A stretch of DNA of 64,000 bases from Phoronis australis (lineage: Eukaryota; Animalia; Phoronida): positions 246,838 through 310,837 of the forward strand of contig NMRA01000042.1 in NCBI GenBank assembly GCA_002633005.1, written 5' to 3'. This document shows, piece by piece, positions 26,600-40,524 of this stretch. The notes beneath the pieces were generated by a model. That model was not told the origin of the DNA. It worked only from the letters and a program-made list of their open reading frames with translations, and made no database searches. Position 1 is the first letter of the stretch; each line of letters opens with the position of its first letter. The position numbers and the translations under genes were made by a program.

Positions 26600-27060
26600 A
26601 CTAAAGCGGTAAAGGAAGAGAGTAGTTTTTAACGACAGTAATTTGTGTCAGATTTTATGTGGTCACTTTTTACTCACAGCATCAGCGCAAAGCTGTATAT
26701 TTAGTATGCAGCGTTGTGTCAAGGCTAGGGTACATGAAGAAAATTCTGAGTAAAAAACGGTAATGGTCACTTAAAGGAGTGTCTCTTCAAAACTCCTGTC
26801 TGTGAAAAGAACGTTTTCTTTGACTGTCAGTGTCAACGTTCTCACGTCATTAGACGGTTGACACGTAGATAAAAAAACCTGGCTTTACATTTCGGTTGTC
26901 TCTCTGTCTACACACTTGTATCACCATGTGAAAGCGAATACAGAAAAACACCAGACAAAGGTAAGCTGTGAAGTGTAATTTACCTGACTATCAAGCAGAA
27001 CAAGCTCTCGCAAACAAAGACGGTCACCGGATGCGGAAGAAAGACTTGTAAGTACTGCCC
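26600..27060. promoter_or_regulatory. Putative bidirectional promoter / divergent first non-coding exons of DPF (-) and the + strand gene
   Basis: Strong donors point outward: GTGAGT on - at ~26677 and ~26139, AAG|GTAAGC on + at 26961, GTAAGT on + at ~27048. Locally more CpG, with CACGT/ACGTCA motifs at 26843-26867. Inference only. Confidence 0.45.
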
Positions 27061-28807
27061 TCTGTAATCTCGTTATTTCACTGAGGTCTCGCGGTTGCCT
27101 GATGCTGTCAACACCTGTGGTTCAATCAGTTCCTGTTTTCAGGTGAAGCATGTTTTTCTATGGAAGAACTACTTGATGTTGCAAGAAATTATTTGTGAGT
27201 ATTGTTAGTGGCAATAGTTCCTTTTCGTAGTACCTGATTTGGAAAACCAGACAATATCTGAATTTGTGTCAGTGCTAGTGGAGTTGGGGATCAAACTAAA
27301 ATAAAATCAGGCACCACAAATTCACAAGCGAAACGGTGCACAAACCCGTTCATACGTGTGGAAACCACAGGCACATTTAGTGCAATCAGCCGCTCGTCAT
27401 GATACTACAGTATATAATATAACACCGAGCTGGTGACGAGAGTACCTGTGGTACCGTATTCTGAATGAACAATTGATTCAATGAAAGAACTACCTCTTTC
27501 AAACATTCTTTGTATGTTGCTAAAAAGTAGATGATCAACTCCTGCTGTCACTGTCAGTATAGCTGTGTCTCATTCACTGAGTTTGCAGTGTGGCCTGTGC
27601 TTGTAGCTTCAAAAACTGAAACTGAATATCGGGCCTGTTATTCAGTGATTTAATTGCCTTGTTTTCAAAATCTAGGACCGCTATATCCAACCAGTGCCAA
27701 TCGAACCAGCAACTCTGATAAAACCAGCAATTAAGCATTCTATAGCCATTGAGCTAATATGCAATTTTCCGTTAGCAAATGGCTAACAGTGGTTGATATA
27801 TGATTCACTGGAAGCTCGTCTAGCACATTCCCCCCTTTCATGGAACAGACGTGCCACCATGCAGGAATGCCAGATAAGAATACAGGTTCTCACCTCCCTT
27901 GGTATCTTTACCACCACAACACAGGTAACCACAAATTAGTTTGTCTCATACAGGTACTCAACTTGTGGAACTTTTACCATCACCACACACCCTCCAAGGT
28001 CTGTGGGTCCTAGTTGGCAATGTATTTTGGTCTGTCATCCGTTTGCTGACTACACCATACGTAGTATAATCGTCAAGATTACCCAACCGAGGAATCGAAC
28101 CAGTTCCCCTGATAAAAACGACAAGCATGCTAACCGCTCAGTTGTTTTGGACAATTGCCCATTAGTGCGAGGGTGGCTAATAACTAGAGGTGCATGGGAT
28201 TTACTGGAAGCACGTCTACAACAGGCAGTTCCTGATTAAGAGACTGGTACCTGAATCATTTTACATGATCAGACAGTTGTTTGCTGTTTTTAGAATCTCT
28301 AAAGGAGACTGTTAATGAGAAAGGTACAATGGGCATTCATTGCACTTAGAAGGACAGTTTGACTGGAGGTCATGAATATTCCGCTGGGCATACTCATCAC
28401 TATGCAAATATCCACATGGATTACCAGATTACAGGGTATAGCTACTCTATGACTGCTTCAGATTACGGGGTATAGCTACTCTCTGACTGCTTCAGTGGTT
28501 GTAATCTGACTCTTATCGATACGTCTTTCTCATGGATGTGTTAGTAAACACCAATGCATACCTCCAATTTTGACCTGCCTTTGGCCTCACTTTTTTGTGT
28601 ATAGAGTTTTTATTATATTTGTTTGTGCTGTTGAATTTAGTTTCAATCAGCATAATTCAAAAGAGCATTGGGGCATTTGTTTACTGAAATCAGTTGTATT
28701 GATAACACATATAAATGATGATACATTTGCCTCAGCAGGACCAACACATTTTGAGGATTTCAAGCCATTTTATACCACATTAGAAACATTAGGTTGAAAC
28801 TAAGCCC

Positions 28808-28962
28808 GATGATGATATCACTTGATCAAAATATAACTTGATCAAAATATCACTTGATGATAATGTCCCTTGACAATAATGTTCATCACTTGATGATAAT
28901 ATCACTTGATGATAGTATCACTTGATGATAGTATCACTTGATGATAATACCACTTGATGATC
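28808..28962. repeat. 15-16-bp degenerate tandem repeat (TATCACTTGATGATA)
   Basis: About 9 degenerate units visible. Confidence 0.85.
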
Positions 28963-30741
28963 AATACTCAAATCACTTACTGTAAGTTCATATGTGCTTC
29001 ATGATGTTACATAAAGCATTATTTTGTATCATCTTCAGTGGTAGATTTTAATTAATTTGTAAACTCCTATTCTATTTAACTTTGGAAAGAATATCGGAGT
29101 TGCCTCAGGGGCTTCCTTTACTAAACCTGCAATTCATCTTGTTAAGCTATAATGTATACTTTGAATTCGCAACCGAATACCCAAACAAACAGTAATGAAT
29201 CTGTGATGTACTGAAATGAAATGGTCATTGCTGCATTTCATGACTGACCCGTTTTTGAATGGAAGTGTTTCTACACCATATTCAAGTTTCAGGTTTTGTC
29301 AACCCCAATAAAATTAATAATTTTCCAACGCGATTCTTGACCTGTTTGAAGGTTTTATGTTCTTGTCAGGGTAATGAAAAATTTGAGATCGATTTTAAAG
29401 AGTAAAGTTAACCCCAAATTCGATTTTCATTTTTATCCAGCTCTGGCAGCCGAAGATGAAGCTTTAAAATGATTCATTTGACTTTACATGTGACAGTTTT
29501 TGTGTTATTGCGAAAATAAAGCGTAATTACAGCTTGTTAGTAATTTGCAATAATGAAAAATTGGTCTAATTTTATCTGTTTTAGACACTAATCTGGTTAG
29601 TTATTTTTGAACTTGTGTATATCGCAGTAAAGACAGAATGATGCTGGAGCACATAGATTTGTTTGTCTCTTTCAAAAACCAGTGTGTGTCCAAGGCTGTA
29701 CTTGAACAGACACAGTACGCAACACTAACAAGCCTGCGACATTTACCCAGCTTGTTACCCACTTGTCATGTATTCAGTTTGCTGTGGCCAGTGGTTGGTA
29801 AGCCTAATTTAAAGCAATGAAGACATAAATAATATGTCGTTAAACTATCTTTAGGTTCTGCAATACAACTTGAATGCCTGTTTTATGTGTCTACAGTAAA
29901 ATTTTCTGTAGTGTTTTATGTGAATGTGCATGGTTGCCAGAACTCTTAGTTGAGCATTGATATTTTGTTAACAGTTGAGTTATAGAATCATTCATTAATT
30001 TTACTCAGTTTCAAACCAGTAATAGTTCATCATATTACCTGGGTGTGCCTCAGTCATTGTGTAGAAATGTTGAATAGAGTATACTCAGGCAGTGGTTTGT
30101 TTCCCTTTGTTGATTCCCCCTGTTCATTTGTTGGTCACCTGGTTGCATGTCATTTTGCTCTTCACAAAAGGTATACCAAGGTAATCCATGATATGAATTG
30201 TGATATAGACTTGTGACACTGGATGAACTGAAAGAAATCTAGTATATCCTCAAGGGAGGTAATTCTACTCTTAGGATGACTCTATGCTGTTTCCTGCTTG
30301 TCAATGTTTAAGGTAGCCAGAGCTAAGACTTTTAGTCTCTTAAGAGACACTCTCGAGAAAGCTAAGTGTGATCTCATATGTCGCTTGTTTAATGCAATAC
30401 GATATCTCTCAAAGATTTACTGAGCCTGCTTTTTCATGAGATTCTTGCATAAATGAAATGCTACCCAAGTCGGGTGGAGTGTGGGAATTTTGCGTATAGT
30501 TTGTTAAGTAGAAATGGGACATATCTATTCGTTCTTTACCTTCTGTTTTGTGAATAATGTATCTCCATGTTTGACTTGCTTAGTGCAATGGAAAGTAACC
30601 AAAGTTTGTGATTTATTTTATGATTTCTGATATTATTTCAGTACAGTGAAAAGTAATTGTTCACTTAAACAATATCTTTAATTGTCAACATTTTCATTAC
30701 CAATTCTGAACTCAAAAACAAGCAGTTCTAGCTGGGAAAAC

Positions 30742-30887
30742 CATGGGCGGCGCACCATAGGAGGCTGGGGGAGCTGTAGCCCCCCACTTATTTCAGTGCT
30801 GAACCACCCATGGTCACATAGGGGGCTCATCATAGGGGGTTGGGGGCTATAGCTCCTCCCACTTAATTCAGTGTTGCGCGATCCATG
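30742..30887. mobile_element. Small GC-rich MITE-like element
   Basis: Imperfect 13-bp TIRs CATGGGCGGCGCA / TGCGCGATCCATG and an internal direct duplication (GGGGG..GCTRTAGC.CC.CCCACTTA.TTCAGTG); no TSD found. Confidence 0.5.
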
Positions 30888-32951
30888 AAACCGGTACGTG
30901 TTAATCAATGTACAAAATTGATGCTTTTTAGAAAGGTCAGTGTAAATTTGGGGAAAATACAATCAACTATTTTGTAAAATGCTATTGTTATTTTAAAGAA
31001 TGCAAGATGTTCCTTAAAATAATGATCCCAATCCATTAGGTTTAACTGTTGTCTTGGTTTGTTATATGTGATGCTCAAGATCATCTGCTGTGCCTGTGTG
31101 TTTCCCCTGATGCAGGTTAGCATTACCAAGTGCCTGGTACAGCAGCCACTGCAGTAGTCTACAATTCTTATTCATTCTTTACACAATGCCATCTCCTTGT
31201 TTGCCCAACCTTGCTTATCCAGTCCCCCATCAGGCTAGTCTTTGAGGTCTATTATTTGCACAAATTTCCAGTATCAACATCCCTACTCATACAGGACTTG
31301 GCCTTGTCTGAATTTGATGTTGCTCTAATGTACTCCAACAACAAACATTGTACAATTCTTGACAATGGAGTGTGAATAGGTCAGATGGTCCCCTGTGTTT
31401 GGTGCTAGGACTTGTGTGAATGCATGTTGATAAGTGTGTTTGGAATGTGATGTTAATGTGTTAGCCTATTGAGGAGAATGCCCCTGCAGAGTGTTTGGTT
31501 TTGAGACAGAATCAGTGGAAATAAAATTCAAGTGGTAAGTTTGCAGACTGGCTTAGAATAAGTTTTTAGTTTCTAATTGATAAATGTAAGAATTTTGTGT
31601 TGGTGCGTCATATTCTTGTTGTATGGAAGACCACGGGGTAATCAATTACTGTTTTGACAGGGAGTGCCAGTGCAGCTGGGAAATTAGGTTACCTACTGAT
31701 TTAGAGAGTGGACTTGAAACAAAGGCCCTTTGTAGGGAGCCTCCAAGAAAAAGGCACAGTGTCTTAGTCTTATGTTCTAGAAACATAGCCGTTTTACTGT
31801 AAACCAAAGTATTTTCTTAGGGATTCTGGGACAGCTGAATTTTTAACCCCTGTTTTATAGAGAATGTATCATTGTTAAACTAGACTTAACTGCCATTGTA
31901 AGTCTTGAGTGCTCTCAAAACGACTCGTTTCATTTTCTTCTTCCATGTGCATGTGTGCTCACTTTTCTGTGTTGCTTTGCTGAACACTTTCCAGGGGGCA
32001 ACTCGGGTGCGTGTGTTTTTCACAGCCATATATTCTTACAAAAGGGGTCTTTCTCCCATTGCTTTTATTTCAAAAGAAGAAGTTCGGTTGATTTGTTAAG
32101 AATTTTCCGTAAGGATAAAGAACTAGTGTAAACAGAAGAGTTTTTTGCTCAAGTTTGCTAGTGTTACAACACTACAATACAAAAGCTATGTTTATTCCAT
32201 TTTATTTTTAAAATGGGAATGTAATGTTCTTGTAGGGTGTTAAAACCCCTGCAAAATGATTGAATTGAAAAAAATTTCGTAGAAGACTGAAACAAAAACA
32301 GGTCCCATTAACTTAGCTCAGCTCTCTAAAAGGGTGGGTATATATTTATTTCAGTCTTAGCAGCACACACCATCAACGCTTATCTAAGTTCCCCATCTTG
32401 GTTGATCAAATATGCAAAGTGCTATTTTGCCTTGATTTTTGTCTATTTTATGAAGTACCGTAATTCAAATTTCTGTAAAAACTCATATTTTATTCATGGT
32501 GATTCTCTTCAAAATATCTCCAAAAATTCAAACCATTATAATTTTCCACTTAGCACAAAAAAATGAATTGTTAAAATTATCATTTTTCATTTTTCTAAAC
32601 TTGATTACTTTACAGCAAATAATAGCAAAATTTCCCAGAAGTTGCTTTATGATGTCAACACAGAGCAAACCATGTTAGTAACAGATAAAAATTTTCTTAT
32701 TCTTTATTTTTGTGATGAAATTTGACAAAACAGTGTTTCATTTGTTGGCCATATTGTGTGGTTAATAAGTGAAGCATACTCATAGTCAAGTTGACAGCAC
32801 GCCATGCGTAATGCCTTCTATAAAAGATCATTCTCTTCCCCTCCACCTGCGTCCATTTCTGACTTGCTCTTGTAGGCGTCAGTGGTGTTCAAACCCATAT
32901 TAAAAGTTGGCATGGTTGTCTTAAGTCAAAGTTTCAATGGTTAATACAGTG

Positions 32952-33097
32952 GAAGTTTTTGTTACATAAAGTGTGCATTCGTATTTACTGTTCCTGTATG
33001 GGAAGATAATTATTTCATAGAAAGTTTTTGTTACATAAAGTGTGCATTCATATTTACTGTTCCTGTATGGGAAGATAATTATTTCATAGAAAGTTTT
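32952..33097. repeat. 69-bp direct tandem duplication
   Basis: AAGTTTTTGTTACATAAAGTGTGCATTC...TTTCATAGA present twice. Confidence 0.9.
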
Positions 33098-36000
33098 GCC
33101 TGTAGGAACACATAATATTAATAATATTAATTCTCTCCTGCAGCATTTTATTCTGCATGAGTTAAGTGATATTGGTGCAGAGACATTTTTAATCATATTA
33201 GTGAAAATGAATGTGGAGCTTAAGCAAGAAATACATGAGCAAATTGAGAATATATTTTTTTGAAATTTTTTAGAGTACTTTGTGTAAGTCGAGCGTGCAT
33301 TCAGAGTCTCAAACATCTGAAACTAATTTTAATTAATTAAGTTTTGAGACAATATTTCTGTCCAAGAACCTCACCTACAAGCTACATTGGTCATAGCGCC
33401 ATCATGTACAACTAGAACAGTTATTCTCCTCAGTTCAGAATTTGAATTATTGATTCTGACAGATGTAAAATTAAATCAAAACAACTGTCACTATTGAACA
33501 CATAAACACAGTTATTGCACCACAAACACCAGTCTTGTATGTCTGCGTTGCATGCCTCCAAGAACTATCATCTGTTTAATGGGTAGGATGATTTAGCTAG
33601 GCATTCAAATTTCAAAAGCAATACCTGGGTACCTGGGAAAAGGGTACCTGAGATAATACCAAGTGACAAGACAATGCCAAAGCCTCCATTTTCCCTTTAA
33701 CAATCTCCTATTGACTGTGATTGAGTACGATGGTATGTCAGTTGATCAAAACAGTGACTTTTAAGCAGTATGACAGAAACAAGCCCTTGTCATTTGAGCT
33801 TACCTTGATGTTGAAAGCACGGGTTGACTGTAACATGCATTTTAGTGTATCACTGAACAATTTTCTTGAAAAAAATTTGAAGTTGACTACAAATGCATGG
33901 AATGAATACAAAGACTTTTAGCTAATCTTGTGGATGAAATATTCTCGAGACATGCACCATTGGATCATGCCGAAGTTAAATTTCATGACCTGAAATGCTC
34001 CTTTGCAAGAAGCTCTCAAAACATGCAAGATTATGTACAACAGCAAGATACATACTGTGATTGTCATGAACAACTTCGTACAAGACTTTAGTTCAAAAAC
34101 TTGTCACAACACTTGTCTGTCTATTCCAAGTAGCTATATAACAGTCTTGTACAAAGTTATATGAGATGCACACTGGAACTTAAGGTCTTGATACGATATT
34201 GATATTTTCTTATTGATACAGCATTTTCACAATATTTTACGGGTTGTTTTATGTATACTTGGATGTGAAAAAATATGTGTGAAAATTAGAAAACATTCCC
34301 AATTATCCCACTTTTCATGATTGTACACAAAGATGCTTATCTCTATCTCTTCATCTTTTGAAAAATACAAAATATTTTGATAGTTTTACATATATCAAGA
34401 TTGGCCTGTTTTAGTTTACACGAAGCCGATTGCACTACATAATCCACATTCAAGAGAAAATTAGCTTGAGTTGTCTCTTCCACTGCCTTGTAAATTGTTG
34501 TAAGTTTAACGTTATTTAGTGAAATATTATTACACCATCATCACCAGTCATCATCACCAGCAGGAATATTCCATTCATGTTTTGCTCACCACACCCCCCC
34601 CCCCTTGTATGTCTTAAGACCTGAGCTACACACATTGTTATTCTAGTACAGATGAAGTTATTTCTAAACCTACATGTCAGCCTACAATGTTGGATACAGT
34701 CAATGCTGTAGCAGTTGGGCATTAGGATCATTTAGACAATTTTACCAAGAATTGTCCATTTGAGTAAGTGACATTCACAGGTTGTCAGCTATAACAACTT
34801 AACTGACCAATTATAGTGAATCATTTGTCAGCACTTCTTCACTTAAGTGGAGACAATGACCCAATCATAAACAAACGTCCTGAAGAGACCACAGGGGATC
34901 AGTGTGACACACAGACTCAAACACTAATATTTTCATATCAGTTTTATTTGAACATGGTTTGGAGTGTTTGATCATATTTTCTGATACAATTTGCCCACTG
35001 TGTACCCTGATCACTATCATATACTGTAACTAAGGTCTGGTAATTGCAGGTAGTGGAACACAATGGAGTAATGTGGTTTAGAGGACTGGGATGTTGACAA
35101 TGGCCTCTCACCAAGGTAAAGTGATTTTTAATCAATACTTTTCTGTGTTCACTGTAACCCAAGGCTTTGTGTGTATAGCTGATTGTTGTGGTTGACCTGT
35201 ACTGTAGCTCAAGTTAACCTGATCACTGTTTGATCTTAAACACCAAGCAGTAAATGCTTTCTTTCTAGTCTCCACAGCTCAAGACTTCTACCAACCGGCT
35301 GTATTAAAATTCCGACATCTTACGATCCACTAGGTTTTAAAATGGTGTTTTACAAGCAAAGTCCTTATCTCATAGTTTCCCCATGTCTAACTTAAATAGC
35401 TTTCAGAAAAAAAAACAGTATTTATGACATTGGTAAAATAGTAGTAATTGTGTTTTTAGGCAATGATCTCTTGTAAAAATTTTTACAATGTTTTTGTCAG
35501 TTCTGCTAAATACCTAAAAAGTCCAGCGTACCACTGTTTAGTCAATAATTTCTTTGTTTTGAAGTGGTACATTGGTTGTTATTTTAATGAGGAAATTGTC
35601 ACAATTTTAAGTATGAGTTCTACTGTCTTGTTCCTCCTGAATATGTATGTTGCATGATGAAACCTCCAGCGATCATTCCCAATGGAGTGAAATTAATCTT
35701 TCCCATTGAAGGAGAGTTGCCCAACTCTGCAGTTTAATCCACTTACCATATTTTGAGAGGAGTTGCAATAGCTGTTTACCACCGGGAGTTACAGTAACTC
35801 TTTCCCACCGCCTAAAACACTGCAACACGGGAGTTGCAATGTTAGTGGAAAAGCGACATAAAGCCCTTGTGCTTCATGAAGGAGTAGGGGAGTCTTACCA
35901 GACATAGTGGCCATGATTGTTTAATTATTCAGTGTTCACTCAACACTAGTGTCATCAGCCACTCACTAATAATAGACAACAAGAATGGGCCATAAGAAAT

Positions 36001-36828
36001 TAATATTGGGGATCAAGTAGTAAGAGAAATGTTGGTTCATTATCTTTCATAGTCAAGGAGATTCTACCTCAGTTTTTAGTTGTTAACATGAAATGAAGAG
36101 TGAACAACACAAACACAAAGAGATATTCAACACTTTTATGTAAACTTTCAAGTAAACTTTAGTGCAAAGATCTGTTACTGTTGACAGACATTTTTTCTTG
36201 TCACTGAATGTTTTCTTTTGGATGGACCACTATATCTGCGGATTAGTTTTAATGAAGGTGACAACATTTATTTAATTCTTTTCAGTGAATGTCTCAGTTT
36301 GTACTTTTTGTTCATAAATACTGTTATCGCGGAATGAACCTCAATTAAAAATCCATGCTGTGTTGAAGAGACTAACTATTGAGGAGCATGCCCTCTAAAT
36401 TATAGACATTAAGGTTCAATGTACCCCTATTTCACAATAATGATGCTTTAAAACTATCCAATGCAGCAGAATATATAAGGATTTTGTGTCAATGTAATTT
36501 GATACAAATAGTATCTGTTGTTGTTTTGTAGTGAAAATCGACACTTGAAAGACTTACAAATCTGCCCTGAGTTTGTTTACAAACACCCTGTCAATCAAAT
36601 CAAAGATTGCATCTAATTTTTCTCACAATGCAAAGTACTATTGTCTGTCAACACACCCTCTCCATAGAGTGGATCAGCTATGTAATATAGTTTCAATATT
36701 TTAACATGTTAATTCATTGTTATGACTTATAAAAGTCAGATTGTATAGCAAAATATTTGTCAGAATGGAAGATGAAGCTCGCGTGTAAGCCCGCTACATA
36801 CAAGAGTCCCCCCGCCAGTCAAAAGCCA

Positions 36829-39800
36829 TTTTTATGTGCCCACATATTTATATGTGGACGCATTATGCCGTCATCTCCGTCCATCTGGCTTCCGTCCGGC
36901 GTCCGTCCGGCGTCAGTCCATCTGGCATCCAGCATCCGCTGCTCTATCTCCAAAACGCCTTAATGTATGTGCGTGAAATTTTGCACATGTGTTCCTTCTG
37001 TGGATGGGACGGCATGAGCGAACTTACTGATGGATCCGACTACCGGTGTGACCCCTAGTGGCAATTTTATTTTTTAACGTTAATCTCTGTATCTTCAAAA
37101 GTCCTGATCGGAATTTCATAAAATTTGGTATATAGGCACCTATTAGGAAGATGATGCTATGCTCCGTTTTCAGATGGATTTGACCTAGTTTGCACCACCT
37201 AGTGGTCATTTTTACTGTTTTCGAGCCTGTTTTTTTACGTCCATCCCTCAATCAAGATGATTGTGAAAATTGGCATGTATGTTCTTACTATAAAGTGGAC
37301 AGCTGACGATCATTTTCTGACGACTTCGACAACTGTGGCGCCTCCTGGTGGCATTTTTTTTGTTGCGCCTATGGCTGTATCCCCTAAGCCAGGGACTCAT
37401 CTAGCGGCCGTCCTGGCCGTCCTTGGGACGGCCCTTTGAAAAAAATGACGGCTTTGGACGGCACGGCCAAGACGGAAAAAGACGACCTGTTCCAAAACAA
37501 CCTCGGTGAAAATGAAGTCTAAACGAAGAATTTTAACATTTATTGTTAATAAATTTCATTGAAACCTACAATTCATTAATTAAGTTCGCTAAATATTAAG
37601 AAATAACTCGACATTAAAAACTTTTGCCGTCTTTTTTTACTATAAATGTCACAATGACGATCGGCAAATACTGGCAGCCATCTTTGGGGAATACCTTCCT
37701 ATTCTGTGACGTCAAGGTGACTTCATACGGAATCCCCTGCACGACTAGTGTCGAGAAAAGTTGCATCCAGCGCTAACTACCCGTACATGGACACTTAATC
37801 TTTGAAATTGAAAAACCCACACCCGAAGTTCAAAGGATTTGCCGTACTCCTAATGCTAGTTGCCGACGTGGAAGTTGAAGCGGCACTCGATATATTCGAC
37901 GGAGCAGCCAATTTGAAATAGCCGACGGAGAACGTACACTTCGAAAAAATGATACCCGACAAAATTCTAGCACTGACCTGCCGTACAAATGCCACCAATG
38001 TCGTTGAACATGCAGACCAGATAAAACTTATCGCAAACTTCCTGAATTTGTTCGCATAGCTCTGTAGCAACTCGAACCATAGATATTAGTATGCTCGAAC
38101 GAATGAATGAAAAAATATCAAAAAAAATCCGCACGGCCGAACGATTTATATCGATGCGCGAGAATACAGTGCAAACTTTACGAGAAAAAAATGTGGTGTG
38201 TAATGTTGGTTACGTATTCAATGAATAACTTAGCATGAAAATAAATGCCTCGAAATACTTCAACTTATTGTGGAATTCCATGATTATTGGGCGATTCGAG
38301 TTTATCCTCTGTGTGTGGCACTGCGTGCCGTATATGGAAAAAAGTAGGTCAGCCAATCACGTGCACAGCACCTGTTACTTCGGCTGTGAACCAGGCCGGT
38401 GATTTGACTCTTAAACTGCGAAAAAAGAATGGTTCTTTTTAAGATTAAATTTCTTGTAGCGTACTATGAAAGATAGTGATTGACTTTCAACCGTGTAAGT
38501 TTCAATTCAACAAAGTGTCCACTTAAAATGCACTGCAGAAGACGTAACAACTACGATGTCCCTGGCGACTACAGGTTACGCTCGACCTGAAATTTACGAG
38601 TAAAGCGCTCGGAGAAACGTTTAAGAAACGTAAAAATACGAATGCCAAATTCAAACACGGAGTTTCGACTTTTTATTTTTTTGGTCACGATCCTTTACGA
38701 AGCCAAGTCCAGGTATACACGTGCGAGTGCACATACGCCGTCACTCCTATTTTCCAGCGGAGATTTTTGACCTTGTTGAGCACTGGTGATACTGATTTGT
38801 GAATTTGTTGAGGATATGGTCTTGTTTTTGTAGATTCGTGAATTGCATTACTGTGCGATGTAACGACACGTAGACATGTACTCTAGAATTTATTTCTTCA
38901 TGTCCTTTCGAATGCAACTTCATTGTCTTCTCACAGTTTCAAGTGGTTTCTCAACTGCATTTTACCCTTCTCTTTTGAGAGCTTCAAGATACATTGAGTC
39001 CTGTACTCATGCTGTCTATCATAGATTATCTTTCTAAAAAGATTTACAGATCTTGATTTTTGCAGCCTAGTGACAGTACACACATCCTGAATGGAACAAA
39101 CCTCCTAATTTTTGTTTAGTTTCCCTAGGTACCATCCTTTGAACAAGAAAAAGACACCCAAACAGTGTGTTAAATAAAATGCAAGGAAATGACCTTTTTT
39201 ATGTAACAATTTTTTCCTCACCGGGTTGGGGAATTCCCCCACCTCCCCCCCAACTTCCAACCCCCACCTCCCCCCCAACTTCCACCCCCTCCCCTCCCCC
39301 CATCAGCGCTGCGCGCCTCAGATTTGCGCTTTGCACGACTCGTCAGTCTCACGAACTTGGACCCCCAATTTTTAAATCCTAGATGAGTCTCTGCCCTAAG
39401 CTGTTCGCAGAAACTTTACTAAATTTAGTAAATGTATTTATATTTTTTACGTTTATCTTTGTATCTTCAAAGGTCCTCAAGCTATTTTCATCAAATTTGA
39501 CTTACAGGCATCTGTTAATGAGGTGATGCTATTTCTTTGTTTTCAGATGGATTCGACCTAGTTTGTGTCACCTAGTGGCCATTCCTACCATTTTCGAGTC
39601 TGTTTTTTGGCGTCCACTCATCTATCAACCAAGTGGCTTTCAGGATAATTGTGAAAATTTGCATGTTTTTACTATGAAGTGGACGGCTGACGACGATTTT
39701 TGATGAGTTCAGCTACTGTGGCGCCTCCTAGTGGCAGTTTTGTTGTTTTTGCGCTCATAGCTGTGTCTATTAAACCGTTTGCAGGATCGTTACTTACTTT

Positions 39801-40524
39801 AGCAAGTGTATTTATAGGATGTTGACAACGGACGACGACGACTTTCGAACGGATCTGACTACTGGTGTGCCCTCTAGTGGCAATTTTAGTTTTTTACGTT
39901 TGCCAGTCTGTATCTTCAATGGTCCTCAACAGATTTTCATAACATTTTGAACATAGGCATCTATTGGTGAGACGACGCTATCATCTTGTTTTTTGATGAA
40001 ATCAAGGTATTTTGCGCCACCTGGTGGTCATTTTTGCTGTTTTCAAATCTTGTTTTTGGTGTCCACCCCTCGATCAACCAAATCATTTTAGAGATGGCCT
40101 TGAAAATTGGCGTATATGTTTTCAGTATGAAGAGGATGTTTGATGATGGCGACTGATTACTGTGGCGCCTCCTTGAGGTAGTTTTGTTTTGTTTTGCGCC
40201 CATAGCTATATCTCCAAAACCCACTGCGGGCTCTTTATTAAATTTAGTAAGTGAATTTATATGAAGATAATAGACCACAACTTTCAGGCGGATGGAATGG
40301 ACGCTGTGCCCACAAGTGAGAATTTCATTTTTTTGTGTTTTCCTTTGGTTCTCTGGGGTTCCTTGACAGGTTTTTATGAAATATGGCATGTTCCCATTTT
40401 TGGATGGATTGTACGTTTTCGCGCCATGTAGTGGCCATTTATATGATACAAATAAATAACCCTAAAAGCACACCATTTGTGATGCATCCGTAGGCGCATT
40501 TCAACGTTCCGCGTTGCTCTTGTT
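36829..40524 (+). mobile_element. Non-autonomous Helentron-associated element (HINE/DINE-1-like), interrupted by a nested hAT element
   Basis: 5' T-run + subTIR ATGTGCCCAC with nearby partial inverted copy GTGGACGCAT, (GTCC)n-like microsatellite, ~440-bp internal tandem units, 3' subTIR GTAGGCGCAT (40490-40499), short hairpin CAACG..CGTTG, then CTCTTGTT. Confidence 0.8.
37390..39393. mobile_element. Non-autonomous hAT-superfamily DNA transposon (2004 bp) nested in HINE
   Basis: 15-bp TIRs CAGGGACTCATCTAG / CTAGATGAGTCTCTG (14/15 match) and perfect 8-bp TSD CCCTAAGC (37382-37389 and 39394-39401); no transposase ORF recognised. Confidence 0.9.

Noticed and set aside
28087-28141. tRNA-like remnant on - strand (GGTTCGATTCC B box)
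   Set aside because: Too short and degenerate to support a call.
37795-38070. Transposase ORF inside the hAT element
   Set aside because: No BED finger, DDE or hAT dimerisation motifs recognisable.
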